In this document: piece by piece, positions 48,097 to 57,204 of the stretch
Layout of the letters: the number at the start of each line of letters is the position of its first letter
Numbering within the stretch: position 1 is the stretch's first letter
Assembly (NCBI GenBank): GCA_045596745.1
Contig: JAZODA010000055.1
Location: 6,772 to 70,771, forward strand
DNA length: 64,000 bases
Reading direction: 5' to 3'
From: Acutalibacteraceae bacterium
Lineage (GTDB): Bacteria > Bacillota > Clostridia > Oscillospirales > Acutalibacteraceae
Notes under the pieces: generated by a model
Database searches by the model: none
Told to the model about the DNA's origin: nothing
What the model saw: only the letters and a program-made list of their open reading frames with translations
Program-made: the position numbers and the translations under genes

Positions 48097-48243
48097 GTGA
48101 GAAAACAACGCTGTAACCGAGGGGGTTGCTTCGCGGCGTTTGGCGCGGGTTTGCTGGTGGCGCTGCTGTTTCCGACAAAGCTGATATTAATCCTTGCCGC
48201 CGCTGCGCTGGTACTTACCGGCATCTCGTTGCTGCGATGCTGA
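48097..48243 (+). CDS. Small hydrophobic protein, 48 aa (not in the ORF track)
   Basis: GTG start 6 nt after AAGGGGAGGA. My translation: VRKQRCNRGGCFAAFGAGLLVALLFPTKLILILAAAALVLTGISLLRC, giving two predicted TM stretches. Confidence 0.4.
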   Translation: MRKQRCNRGGCFAAFGAGLLVALLFPTKLILILAAAALVLTGISLLRC

Positions 48244-48265
48244 AAACCGTCTGAGGAGGAGCGCT

Positions 48266-48355
48266 ATGCAGATTGTTGTTGTGAAGAGTCCGAGGTTTTT
48301 GTGCGGTATCCTGCGGCAGGTATTCCGAATCAAAAAGAACACAGAGACAGTATAA
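48266..48355 (+). CDS. spoVM: Stage V sporulation protein M-like peptide, 29 aa (not in the ORF track)
   Basis: ATG after GAGGAGGA. MQIVVVKSPRFLCGILRQVFRIKKNTETV resembles SpoVM (MKFYTIKLPKFLGGIVRAMLGSFRKD, recalled from B. subtilis). Its position downstream of prkC-rsgA matches the Bacillus spoVM neighbourhood. Followed by a terminator. Confidence 0.65.
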   Translation: MQIVVVKSPRFLCGILRQVFRIKKNTETV

Positions 48356-48358
48356 GTC

Positions 48359-48394
48359 GGGAGCAGCGGAGCGATGAGTTCTCCGCTGCTTTGT
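48359..48394 (+). terminator. Intrinsic terminator after the spoVM-like ORF
   Basis: GAGCAGCGGAG-loop-CUCCGCUGCU followed by UUGU. Confidence 0.6.
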
Positions 48395-48422
48395 CATATC
48401 GAGGGATGGCGGTGCATATAGT
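48394..48422 (+). promoter_or_regulatory. Sigma-E-type sporulation promoter candidate for the SipL-like gene
   Basis: TCATATC - 14 nt - CATATAGT, compared with the recalled B. subtilis sigma-E consensus kmATATT-14-CATACAnT. Confidence 0.4.
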
Positions 48423-48451
48423 ACGGTAGAAAAGTAAAAGGAGAGAGACGA

Positions 48452-49981
48452 ATGGAACTTCAAACGATTTGCAAGCGGATTGGCACGGTCGCAACCCTGT
48501 TTGATGATTTTGATGAGCGTCCTGTTGACTGCGATTTTGTGTTACCCGACTATTTGCCCGATATTACGGCGGTGCTGAAATGCACGATGAAGCCGCTGGT
48601 ACAGTCGCGTCGCATCAGTGGTGACCGTGTCACGGTGGATGGTACGGTGTATCTGCAGCTGTTGTATCTCGACGAGGAGCGCCGCTGTGTGCACAGTTAT
48701 GAACACAACCAGCCGTTTTCCTCGGTGTTTACGGTCAAAGACCTGAAAAGCAGTGATGTGGTGCGGGATGCCGTCAAGGTCGGTTATGTCAACTGCCGCG
48801 CCACAGGTCCGCGCCGTGTTGACGTCCACGGGGCGTTCAGTGTGTGCCTGACGGTGCTGTCCAACGAAGGACGCGAAGCGGTGACGGCGGCAACGTGCGA
48901 GGGGTTGCATACGCGTGTTTGCCCTGTGGAAAGCACGGTCATCGTCGGTCAGGCGCAGAAGACGGTGTCTCTCAACGAGGTGGTCGATTTGGGGACAATG
49001 CCCGCGGTAGCACTTTTGCGCAACGAGGCCTCGGCGGTCATTACCGAATGCCATCGTGTCAGCGGTAAAGCGGTGGTAAAGGGCGATGTGCTGTTGCGCA
49101 CCGCATACATTGGTGACGCGCAGAGTGGAGAAGTGTGCCACGTTTGCAACACCGTTCCGTTTAGTCAGATTTTGGATCTTGAGGGATTGGAAGAGGAGCA
49201 TCTTTGCGATTGTCGGGTGCAGGTAGCACAGTGTGATGCTCGGTTGATGCAGGATCCCGGTGGAGAAAATCGGTTGCTTTCGGTTGCGCTCAAGCTTACC
49301 GTAACACTGGAGTGTTACGCAAAAGAGCTTTCCGAAGTTGTGACGGATGCGTACCATACTGCGTTTTCGCTGAAGACCGAAACCGGTCGGTTTGACAGTT
49401 GTCGGTTGGTGTTCGCGCGGACAGACACGGTGCCTGTGGCAATCACGCAGGAACTGCCGGACGGCGATATTGCGCAGATTGTGGATGTGTGGTGTGAGCC
49501 GTTGGCGGTGACTTGCCGCGAAGAAAACGGCGGTAGCGTGCTGAATGGCGAGATGTTTATCGGTATGCTGACGGCGGATGGCAACGGGGTGCTGTCGTTC
49601 TATGAGCGGACGGCGGATTATACGCTGGAATTGCCGGAGGGATGCCCGAGTGTAACCGCGGAAGCGACACTCTTGGATGTTTCCTATACCCGAAACGGCT
49701 CGCAGTTGGAAATTCGCATACAGCTTTCGGTGCAACGGCTGGGACTTTGTCCGCAAAGTCGTGTGGCAATCACCAAACTGTCTGTAGACGAAACCGCTCC
49801 GCGCACGCAGAGCGATCCGCTGGACGGTTGTTGCCTTAAGGTGTGCTTTGCCTCGGCAGGCGAATCGGTGTGGGATTTGGCGCGGCGTGAGCGCACCTCG
49901 CCGGAAGCGCTGAAAACGGAAAACGGTCTTACACAGGATGTGCTGGAGAGCGATATGCTCCTGCTTATCCCGATGCGGTAA
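48452..49981 (+). CDS. SipL/SpoVID-like spore morphogenetic protein (DUF3794/SPOCS repeats plus a C-terminal LysM-like domain)
   Basis: The N-terminal pattern VLPDYLPDITAVLKC...V..DRVTVDGTVYLQLLY is repeated. The C-terminal GESVWDLARRERTSPEALKTENGL...LLLIP is LysM-like. Size (509 aa) and sporulation context fit. Confidence 0.55.
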   Translation: MELQTICKRIGTVATLFDDFDERPVDCDFVLPDYLPDITAVLKCTMKPLVQSRRISGDRVTVDGTVYLQLLYLDEERRCVHSYEHNQPFSSVFTVKDLKSSDVVRDAVKVGYVNCRATGPRRVDVHGAFSVCLTVLSNEGREAVTAATCEGLHTRVCPVESTVIVGQAQKTVSLNEVVDLGTMPAVALLRNEASAVITECHRVSGKAVVKGDVLLRTAYIGDAQSGEVCHVCNTVPFSQILDLEGLEEEHLCDCRVQVAQCDARLMQDPGGENRLLSVALKLTVTLECYAKELSEVVTDAYHTAFSLKTETGRFDSCRLVFARTDTVPVAITQELPDGDIAQIVDVWCEPLAVTCREENGGSVLNGEMFIGMLTADGNGVLSFYERTADYTLELPEGCPSVTAEATLLDVSYTRNGSQLEIRIQLSVQRLGLCPQSRVAITKLSVDETAPRTQSDPLDGCCLKVCFASAGESVWDLARRERTSPEALKTENGLTQDVLESDMLLLIPMR

Positions 49982-49982
49982 T

Positions 49983-50020
49983 AAAAAGCCCTTTTATCGT
50001 GAGATAAAAGGGCTTTTTTA
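49983..50020 (+). terminator. Intrinsic terminator
   Basis: AAAAAGCCCUUUUAUC-GUGA-GAUAAAAGGGCUUUUUU. Confidence 0.85.
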
Positions 50021-50081
50021 TCTTGTACAGACAAGAAAATGGTGGTATACTATGATTGTTAAATTGGTGGAGGTGTCCTGT

Positions 50082-51785
50082 ATGAAATTCTGCGAAATGC
50101 CGTATCAGCGTCCGTCGCTTGAGGATATTAAGCACGACCTGACCGAACTGACCGAACAACTGTCTGCCGCGGCGGATTATGCTGCCGCGCGCGAGGTGTT
50201 TTTGCGTCACGAAGAGCGGATGAAGCAGGTCGCCACCGCACGCACGCTGGTAAGCATTCGTCATTCCATTGATACGCGTGACGAGTTTTACGATGCGGAA
50301 ACGAAGTTTTGGAATGCCGCGTCTCCCGAATTGCAGGAGTACGAGCAGAATTGGACGGCGGCCATGCTGGCGTCGCCGTTCCGCGCTGATTTTGCAGCGG
50401 AGTACGGGGATGTGTATTTTGTCAACGCCGAGCTGGAACTTAAGTCGTTTGACACGGCGATTATTGCGGAGTTGCAGCAGGAAAACGAGCTGACGCAGGA
50501 GTACGAAAAGTTGCTTGCCTCGGCGCGCATTCCGTTTGAAGAGGGTACGTATACCATTGCCCAGATGACTCCTTTCAAGACCAGTGCGGATGACACACGC
50601 CGCCTGGCTGCTTGGAAAGCGGAGGGTCGGTGGTATAAGGATAATCAGGCGGCACTGGATGATTTGTACGACCGTCTTGTTCATCTGCGTGATGCGATGG
50701 GCAAAAAGATGGGGTATGGTGGATATACGCAGCTTGGTTACTACCGTATGCAGCGCAACTGCTATACCAAAGAGGATGTCGAAGCATTCCGCGCGGCGGT
50801 GGTGAAGTATCTGGTGCCGGTGGCGGCGGATATTTATCGCGAACGCGCCCGTCGTCTCGGCAAGTCGTATCCGCTGAGCTTTGCGGATGCCGCGCTGAAG
50901 TTCCGTAGCGGCAATCCCAAGCCGTGCGGTACGGCGGATGATATTTTAGCGCAGGGTAAGCGTTTTTATGAAGAGTTGTCGCCCGAAACGGCGGAGTTTT
51001 TCAACGCGATGCTGGATGGTGAACTGCTGGATGTGCTGTCCGCCGAAGGCAAAGCGGGCGGCGGTTACTGCACCGATATTTCCGCTTATCGTGTGCCGTT
51101 TATTTTCGCCAATTTCAACGGCACGCAGGGCGATGTGGAGGTTGTGACCCACGAAGCAGGTCACGCATTTGCGTATTGGATGAACCGTGACCGCGTGCCG
51201 ATGGAAACCGCCTGGCCGGGTATGGAAGGCTGCGAGGTCCATTCCATGGCAATGGAATTTTTTGCGTGGCCGTGGGCAGAAGGCTTTTTCGGGGAGGATA
51301 CGAAAAAGTTCCTCTACAGCCATCTGTCGGGTGCGCTGACCTTTATTCCGTACGGCACGATGGTGGACCATTTCCAGCATATTGTGTATGAACAGCCCGA
51401 CCTGACACCGGCACAGCGCCATGCGGTCTGGAAAGACCTGCTCGGCACGTATATGCCGTGGATGCGCCTCGACGGCGACATCCCGTTCTACAGCGAGGGT
51501 GAAGGCTGGCAGCGGCAGCACCACATTTATTCGTTGCCGTTCTACTATATCGATTACTGCTTGGCACAGACTGTGGCGCTGCAGTTCTGGGCGATGATTA
51601 TGCGCGACCCGAAGGACGCCTGGGAGCGGTATATGAAGTATACTGTGCAGGGTGGCAGCCGCGTGTTTACCGAGCTGCTGAAGCACGCCGATTTGGACAC
51701 GCCGTTTAAGGAGTCGTGTCTGCGCGGTGTCTGCGAAACGGCGGCATCGTGGCTTTCGTCGTTTGATCTCGGAGATATTAAGTAA
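50082..51785 (+). CDS. M3-family oligoendopeptidase (PepF-like)
   Basis: HEAGHAF zinc motif and downstream E ligand region. ATG at 50082 after GGTGGAGG. Confidence 0.85.
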   Translation: MKFCEMPYQRPSLEDIKHDLTELTEQLSAAADYAAAREVFLRHEERMKQVATARTLVSIRHSIDTRDEFYDAETKFWNAASPELQEYEQNWTAAMLASPFRADFAAEYGDVYFVNAELELKSFDTAIIAELQQENELTQEYEKLLASARIPFEEGTYTIAQMTPFKTSADDTRRLAAWKAEGRWYKDNQAALDDLYDRLVHLRDAMGKKMGYGGYTQLGYYRMQRNCYTKEDVEAFRAAVVKYLVPVAADIYRERARRLGKSYPLSFADAALKFRSGNPKPCGTADDILAQGKRFYEELSPETAEFFNAMLDGELLDVLSAEGKAGGGYCTDISAYRVPFIFANFNGTQGDVEVVTHEAGHAFAYWMNRDRVPMETAWPGMEGCEVHSMAMEFFAWPWAEGFFGEDTKKFLYSHLSGALTFIPYGTMVDHFQHIVYEQPDLTPAQRHAVWKDLLGTYMPWMRLDGDIPFYSEGEGWQRQHHIYSLPFYYIDYCLAQTVALQFWAMIMRDPKDAWERYMKYTVQGGSRVFTELLKHADLDTPFKESCLRGVCETAASWLSSFDLGDIK

Positions 51786-51818
51786 CGAAGTGTAAAAAGC
51801 AGAAAGGGAGGAAGTTGT

Positions 51819-54035
51819 ATGTGGCATAACCGTATTGCACGGCGGATGCTCTGTGCCGTTCTGGCTGCTTGTTTGTGCATCCTCCCCGGATGCCGCAAGA
51901 GTGAGCCGAAAGCGGTTTCTGCCAACGTATCGCTGATGGTTGGCGGTGACGCTCTGGAGGGCGTTTTTTCGCCGTTTTTTGCGGAACTGGAATCCGACCG
52001 GGATATTGTGGATCTGACCCAGATTCGCTTGCTTTATACCGACCGTGCGGGACAGGTTATCTGTAACGGCATCGAGGGCGAAACCACGATGTATAACGAT
52101 ACGGAATACACCTACACCGGTCCTGCCAACGTCGTGATTACCGAGTGTGAGGATGGCAGTGTGGAGTATGCCTTTACGCTGCGTGAGGATATTACGTTTT
52201 CCGACGGACAGCCGCTGACGGCAAAGGACGTTGTGTTCTCGATGTATGTGCTTTGTGACCCGACATACGACGGTTCTTCGTCGTTTGCGTCATTGCCCAT
52301 TCAGGGACTGTCGGACTATCGCAAAAACGTGACGCCGAAGTGGAAGCTGATTCTGAAGGATACGCCGAGCAACGCGATTAACGGATCGAAGGACGGCTAT
52401 TACACCGTCGATGAGGCGCTCTCTTTCTGGACGCTGTTTAACGAAGCGGGTGCCGAGTTTGCTCAGGAAATCGTGGATGACGGCATCGCTCGCGGCATCG
52501 GCAGTGATGTGCGCGGTGTGGCGGCGGCACTTGGGTACGTTGGTTTATCGGAAACGGCAAGTGCGACGGATTTCTTCAACGCAATTGTGGATGCGCGTGG
52601 CTACGATATTTCGGCAGCGGGCATCAATGCACCGGCTGTTAAAAACGATTTTTCTTCGTTGCTGATGTCGCGGCTTACCTCGACGCTCCAACGCGGTGTT
52701 GTGACAGGGTATTCCGCACCGCGTATTTCGGGTATTCGCCAGACCGGTGATTACACGCTGACGGTAATGCTGACGCGGGCCGATGCGTATGCGTTGGAAC
52801 AGTTCTGCATTCCGATTGCGCCGCTGCACTACTACGGCAGTGAGCAGATGTATTCGCCCGAAAGCGGAACGTTCGGCTTCTCCAAGGGTAATCTTTCGGC
52901 GATACGCAGCAAGTCTGCCAAGCCGCGTGGCGCGGGCCCATATGTGTATTACAGTTATAAGGATGGCAAGCTTACGCTGAAAGCCAACGCGACATACTAC
53001 CGCGGTGTTCCCAAAACGGGATATGTGGTGTATACGCCGATGGATGAGGCGGAGCGCACCGCACAGGTTAGTTCGGGAAAACTGCACCTGACGCAGGTTG
53101 AGTACACCCCCGAAGCGGTGGATAAAATTGAGCAGACCAACGGCGGTGTGCTTAGTGGCGACACGGTGCGGGTAGATAGTTTCTGGTCGAAGGGCTACGG
53201 ATACGTCGGTATCAGCGCCGATCGCATTCGGGTGGGCAACGATTCCGGCTCGAATGTGTCCCGCAGCCTGCGTCAGGCTTTGGCGACGGTGTTTACGGCG
53301 TATCATAAGGAGTCGGTGGTAGCGTATTATAACGACTATGCCGACTGCGTGAGTGCTTTCGATGGGTTGTCTGCATACGCGACGGACGCGCAGGGACAAC
53401 CGCTTGATTTGTCGTCTCTCTCCGAAGAGGAACAGTATTTACGCCTGCAGGATGCGGTGTTGTCTCACTTTGCCGCAGCGGGCTACACGGTGGAAAATCG
53501 GTACATTATTGCCGCTCCCGAGGCGGCTCCGCTGCAGTTTGGTGTGTGGTTTGCAGGTGGTGGCGACGGCAATCACCCGGCGTATGAGATGTTGACACAG
53601 GCGCAATATTTGCTCGGTCAGATCGGCATTACGCTGGAGCTGCACGATGTGGAGGACGACGTTCAACTGCGGACATATATTGCGTCCGGTGAAGCGGCAA
53701 TCTGGTGCGGTCGTTCGTCTGACGACTACTATCAGGATTTGTACGCGTACTACACGGCAACAGGCAGCATCCGTTCTTCGCTGGATATAAACGATAAGGA
53801 ACTCAAATCGCTGATTGTTTCGGCACAACGCGAGACGGATGCCGAGGCGCGGGAGGAGATTTATCAAAAAATCCGCGAAACAGTGTTGGCGTGGGCGGTG
53901 GAGGTGCCGCTGTACGAGTGCCAGCAGCTGCAGGTGTTCAACGCGACCAAGGTGGATATGAGTACAGTGACACGCGATGCCACACCTTATCACGATTGGA
54001 TCGACGAGATTGAAAAACTGGTGATAAAAGGTTAA
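51819..54035 (+). CDS. Large lipoprotein, ABC-transporter family-5 (peptide/nickel-type) substrate-binding protein; no cognate permease in the window
   Basis: Lipobox ILPGC. SBP_bac_5-like core (GPYVYYSYKDGKLTLKANATYYRGVPK...). Confidence 0.7.
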   Translation: MWHNRIARRMLCAVLAACLCILPGCRKSEPKAVSANVSLMVGGDALEGVFSPFFAELESDRDIVDLTQIRLLYTDRAGQVICNGIEGETTMYNDTEYTYTGPANVVITECEDGSVEYAFTLREDITFSDGQPLTAKDVVFSMYVLCDPTYDGSSSFASLPIQGLSDYRKNVTPKWKLILKDTPSNAINGSKDGYYTVDEALSFWTLFNEAGAEFAQEIVDDGIARGIGSDVRGVAAALGYVGLSETASATDFFNAIVDARGYDISAAGINAPAVKNDFSSLLMSRLTSTLQRGVVTGYSAPRISGIRQTGDYTLTVMLTRADAYALEQFCIPIAPLHYYGSEQMYSPESGTFGFSKGNLSAIRSKSAKPRGAGPYVYYSYKDGKLTLKANATYYRGVPKTGYVVYTPMDEAERTAQVSSGKLHLTQVEYTPEAVDKIEQTNGGVLSGDTVRVDSFWSKGYGYVGISADRIRVGNDSGSNVSRSLRQALATVFTAYHKESVVAYYNDYADCVSAFDGLSAYATDAQGQPLDLSSLSEEEQYLRLQDAVLSHFAAAGYTVENRYIIAAPEAAPLQFGVWFAGGGDGNHPAYEMLTQAQYLLGQIGITLELHDVEDDVQLRTYIASGEAAIWCGRSSDDYYQDLYAYYTATGSIRSSLDINDKELKSLIVSAQRETDAEAREEIYQKIRETVLAWAVEVPLYECQQLQVFNATKVDMSTVTRDATPYHDWIDEIEKLVIKG

Positions 54036-54038
54036 ATG

Positions 54039-54067
54039 AAAAAGCGCCGGACTTCCGGCGCTTTTTT
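54039..54067. terminator. Bidirectional intrinsic terminator
   Basis: AAAAAGCGCCGG-ACUU-CCGGCGCUUUUUU. Confidence 0.85.
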
Positions 54068-54129
54068 GTATACGTAATGGGGCGAAACTCTCGGGTTGGT
54101 GTTAAGAGAACCTCGCGGACGGATGAGCG

Positions 54130-55032
54130 TCAATCCAGCTCTTCGTCTTCGGTTTTAATGCGAACGTAGCCGATTGCGATGGAGATGGCGATGGCACCGA
54201 GATATCCAAGCAGGCTGAACAGCCAAGAGGGGAGATTCAAAGCGCCCAACACCACAACCAAAACAAGCATAATGGAGAAGGGCATAAGCGAAAATGCAAT
54301 AGTTGCCAACAGTTCTCTGGCGGTAATAGCGAAAAGAACCACCGTCAAATACGCCACCAATACCAACACAAGAACCAGAATGATAAAACCAAAAATATGC
54401 AGGTCGCTTAAAGTGTCCGCAAGTGAGGGGATACCTTGGAGCACGTTAATCGTGGACGAATACCAGCCTTTCGGCAACCAGAAAATTATGCAGGTAGAGA
54501 AAAAGGTGAAAATGAGGTCGTACACAACGCGCACGGTCATTTTGAGTTCCTGCGTGTGACGCATAAAGGTAACGGACAAAAAGGCGAACAAGGCAAACTC
54601 GAACACCATATTGAGCGAAAAATCACCCTCTGTGATTAACGTGAGGATAGAGAATACGGGCAAGCTTGACAAAAAGCCGTTCTCGAAATCCATAATGTCG
54701 ACAGGGACAATTACCAAGGTGTAAATCAGCGTGAAGGCGATGACCGCAAGGCAAAACGATATCCAGATAACCAGATTCAGTCCGCCAAACGGACGAAGTG
54801 CGCGGATTTTCTCTTTGTTCCTGAAAATGAGAGATATTAAATTGTTCATGCCTTTGGAACACAACTTCCACAACGCGGTCAGCGGTTTGGTAATAACTCT
54901 GGTCACCTTTGTAACAAAGATGCTTACGGGCATCAGTACAGCAATCGCCGTAGCGTTGCAGAAGGCCACAACACCCAACAAAATACCGCCGGCAACAAAA
55001 GCAGCCACCAATTTAAAAATAAAGTCTCCCAT
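54130..55032 (-). CDS. Hypothetical polytopic membrane protein (orphan, lower G+C)
   Basis: About 8 hydrophobic segments and an acidic C-terminal tail (KTEDEELD). Met at 55032 is preceded by GGAG. No family recognised. Confidence 0.5.
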   Translation of the reverse strand: MGDFIFKLVAAFVAGGILLGVVAFCNATAIAVLMPVSIFVTKVTRVITKPLTALWKLCSKGMNNLISLIFRNKEKIRALRPFGGLNLVIWISFCLAVIAFTLIYTLVIVPVDIMDFENGFLSSLPVFSILTLITEGDFSLNMVFEFALFAFLSVTFMRHTQELKMTVRVVYDLIFTFFSTCIIFWLPKGWYSSTINVLQGIPSLADTLSDLHIFGFIILVLVLVLVAYLTVVLFAITARELLATIAFSLMPFSIMLVLVVVLGALNLPSWLFSLLGYLGAIAISIAIGYVRIKTEDEELD

Positions 55033-55321
55033 TGTTTCATCTCCAAACAGCTTATTACATCCATGCACAACATCGTATTACAATTTGCGAATTTTGTCAA
55101 TTTTATGTGAATAATTTTTAAAATTGGGGTCGCCGGCTTGCATTTGAGGTCCTGAACGAACGGCCTGCCACGATGAGAAAAGGGTGTATAACCCCGGCAA
55201 ATCAGTCGTGTGCTCCGACTGTCGGACACCGCGTGGGTGCGCCGCTCAATAACCACTTAGTCGAGCGCGAAAACCCCGGCGTTTTTTTCTTGTTGTCAGG
55301 CGGAAAATCGGGGATTACTTC

Positions 55322-55351
55322 TTGACAGAAGAGGGGAAAAAGAGGTATAAT
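55322..55351 (+). promoter_or_regulatory. Sigma-A-type promoter upstream of rny
   Basis: TTGACA - 18 nt - TATAAT. Confidence 0.55.
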
Positions 55352-55573
55352 TTTACTAGCCGTAATGGCTGATAGAAAACTCTCTCCTGCTCGGTCGGTG
55401 CCGAGTGGGTGGCAGTCCGGTTTTCTTGTTGGTTGCGATATTCCCTCTGTATGAAGCGGTACAGGGGTTTACATTACAATACAACAGCATACTTTGCCGT
55501 AAAGCGGCGGGGAAGGACTGCCTCATACAGTAAATCAACAGATGAAAATGGAACATAGGAGGTGTTCGTCCCC
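55352..55573 (+). promoter_or_regulatory. Long (~210 nt) structured 5' leader of rny
   Basis: Local hairpins (AGCC-GUAAU-GGCU; CUCGG-UCGGUG-CCGAG; CUGUA..UACAG). Crossing long-range complementarities GGCAGUCC (55411) / GGACUGCC (55515) and CUGUAUGA (55447) / UCAUACAG (55523). Confidence 0.35.
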
Positions 55574-57133
55574 GTGCTGTATTACATTTTGACCGGCGTT
55601 GGCAGCTTGGTCATTGGCGGCGTTGTGGCCGGTGCGGTTTCTTTCCGCTCCGGTGTGGCTCATCGCAAAAAGACTGCCGAGTCCGCCATTGGCTCTGCCG
55701 AAGCAGAGGCTGAGCGCATCATCAAGGATGCTAAGGCTCAGGCTGAATCCAAGAAAAAAGAAACCCTGCTCGAAGCGAAAGATGAGATTCATCGTCTGCG
55801 CAACGAGTCCGAGCGTGAACTGAAAGAGCGTCGCAATGAGGTGATGCGTCAGGAGCGCCGTATCCAGCAGAAGGAAGAGTCGCTGGATCACAAAATCGAG
55901 AACTACGAAGCTAAGGAGGAAGCGATCGCCAAGAAACAAAAGGAGATCGATTCCCGTCTGCAGGATGTCGAGAACATCAAGCGCGGTCAGTTCGAAATGC
56001 TGGAGCGTATTTCCGGTTTCACCGTCGAACAGGCCAAGGATTACTTGCTTAAGAGCTTGTCCGAGGAACTGACCCACGAAAAAGCGCTGAAAATCAGTGA
56101 GTACGAAACCCAGCTTAAGGAAGAAGCTGACCAGCGCGCCCGCGACCTGATTTCCCACGCGATTCAGCGTGTGGCTGCCGATCAGGTTTCCGAGACCACG
56201 GTTTCCGTGGTGCCGCTGCCCAACGATGAAATGAAGGGTCGCATCATCGGTCGTGAAGGCCGCAACATCCGTATGATTGAAACGCTGACCGGTGTGGATC
56301 TCATCATTGATGATACGCCGGAAGCGATTACGCTGTCGGGCTTTGATCCGGTTCGTCGTGAGATTGCCCGCATCGCGCTGGAGCGCCTGATTTCCGATGG
56401 CCGTATCCATCCCGCGCGCATCGAGGAAATGGTGGAAAAAGCCCGCCGCGAGGTGGAAGCTACCATCAAATCCGAAGGCGAACGCGCCATTCTGGAAACG
56501 GGTCTGCGCGGTATTCATCCCGAAATCGTGCGTCTGCTCGGTCGTCTGCGCTATCGTACCAGTTACGGTCAGAACGTGCTGAACCACTCGATGGAAGTGG
56601 CGTTCCTGTCCGGCATTATGGCCAGCGAGCTGGGTCTGGATCCCGAAATCGCTCGCCGCGCCGGCTTGCTGCATGATATCGGTAAGGCGGTTGACCACGA
56701 AATCGAAGGCTCGCACATCGAAATCGGTGTGGACATTGCCCGTAAGTACAAGGAGAGCGAAGCGGTGGTTCACGCCATCCATGCTCACCACGGCGATGTG
56801 GAAGCCACGACCATCGTTGCTTGCCTGGTGCAGGCTGCCGACGCTATCTCGGCCGCTCGTCCCGGTGCACGCCGCGAGAATCTCGAGAACTATATCAAGC
56901 GTCTGGAGAAGCTGGAAGAGGTCGCCAACGAGTTTGAAGGCGTCGAGCGTTCCTTCGCTATTCAGGCCGGTCGCGAGATTCGCATCATCGTGCGTCCCGA
57001 AATCGTCAGCGACGACAATATGGCGCTGCTTGCGCACGATATCGCCAAGAAGATCGAAGACAACCTGGATTATCCGGGTCAGATCAAGGTCAATCTTATC
57101 CGCGAGAACCGTGCTGTCGATTACGCGAAGTAA
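55574..57133 (+). CDS. rny: Ribonuclease Y
   Basis: N-terminal TM, coiled-coil, KH domain ([12 protein letters not shown]), HD domain (LLHDIGKA). In-frame GTG at 55574 fits the AGGAGG SD better than 55562. Confidence 0.9.
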   Translation: MLYYILTGVGSLVIGGVVAGAVSFRSGVAHRKKTAESAIGSAEAEAERIIKDAKAQAESKKKETLLEAKDEIHRLRNESERELKERRNEVMRQERRIQQKEESLDHKIENYEAKEEAIAKKQKEIDSRLQDVENIKRGQFEMLERISGFTVEQAKDYLLKSLSEELTHEKALKISEYETQLKEEADQRARDLISHAIQRVAADQVSETTVSVVPLPNDEMKGRIIGREGRNIRMIETLTGVDLIIDDTPEAITLSGFDPVRREIARIALERLISDGRIHPARIEEMVEKARREVEATIKSEGERAILETGLRGIHPEIVRLLGRLRYRTSYGQNVLNHSMEVAFLSGIMASELGLDPEIARRAGLLHDIGKAVDHEIEGSHIEIGVDIARKYKESEAVVHAIHAHHGDVEATTIVACLVQAADAISAARPGARRENLENYIKRLEKLEEVANEFEGVERSFAIQAGREIRIIVRPEIVSDDNMALLAHDIAKKIEDNLDYPGQIKVNLIRENRAVDYAK

Positions 57134-57148
57134 TATCGAACTTAAACC

Positions 57149-57180
57149 AAACGGTGTCCCGCTTGCGGGACACCGTTTGT
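57149..57180 (+). terminator. Intrinsic terminator after rny
   Basis: AAACGGUGUCCC-GCUUGC-GGGACACCGUUUGU. Confidence 0.75.
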
Positions 57181-57204
57181 ACTACCATCGGAAAGAGGCG
57201 TGCT

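Noticed and set aside
55173-55325. 50-codon + strand ORF (MRKGCITPANQSC...) in the spacer upstream of rny.
   Set aside because: It has no SD before the ATG, the composition is unremarkable, and the frame runs through the rny promoter. It is more likely non-coding.
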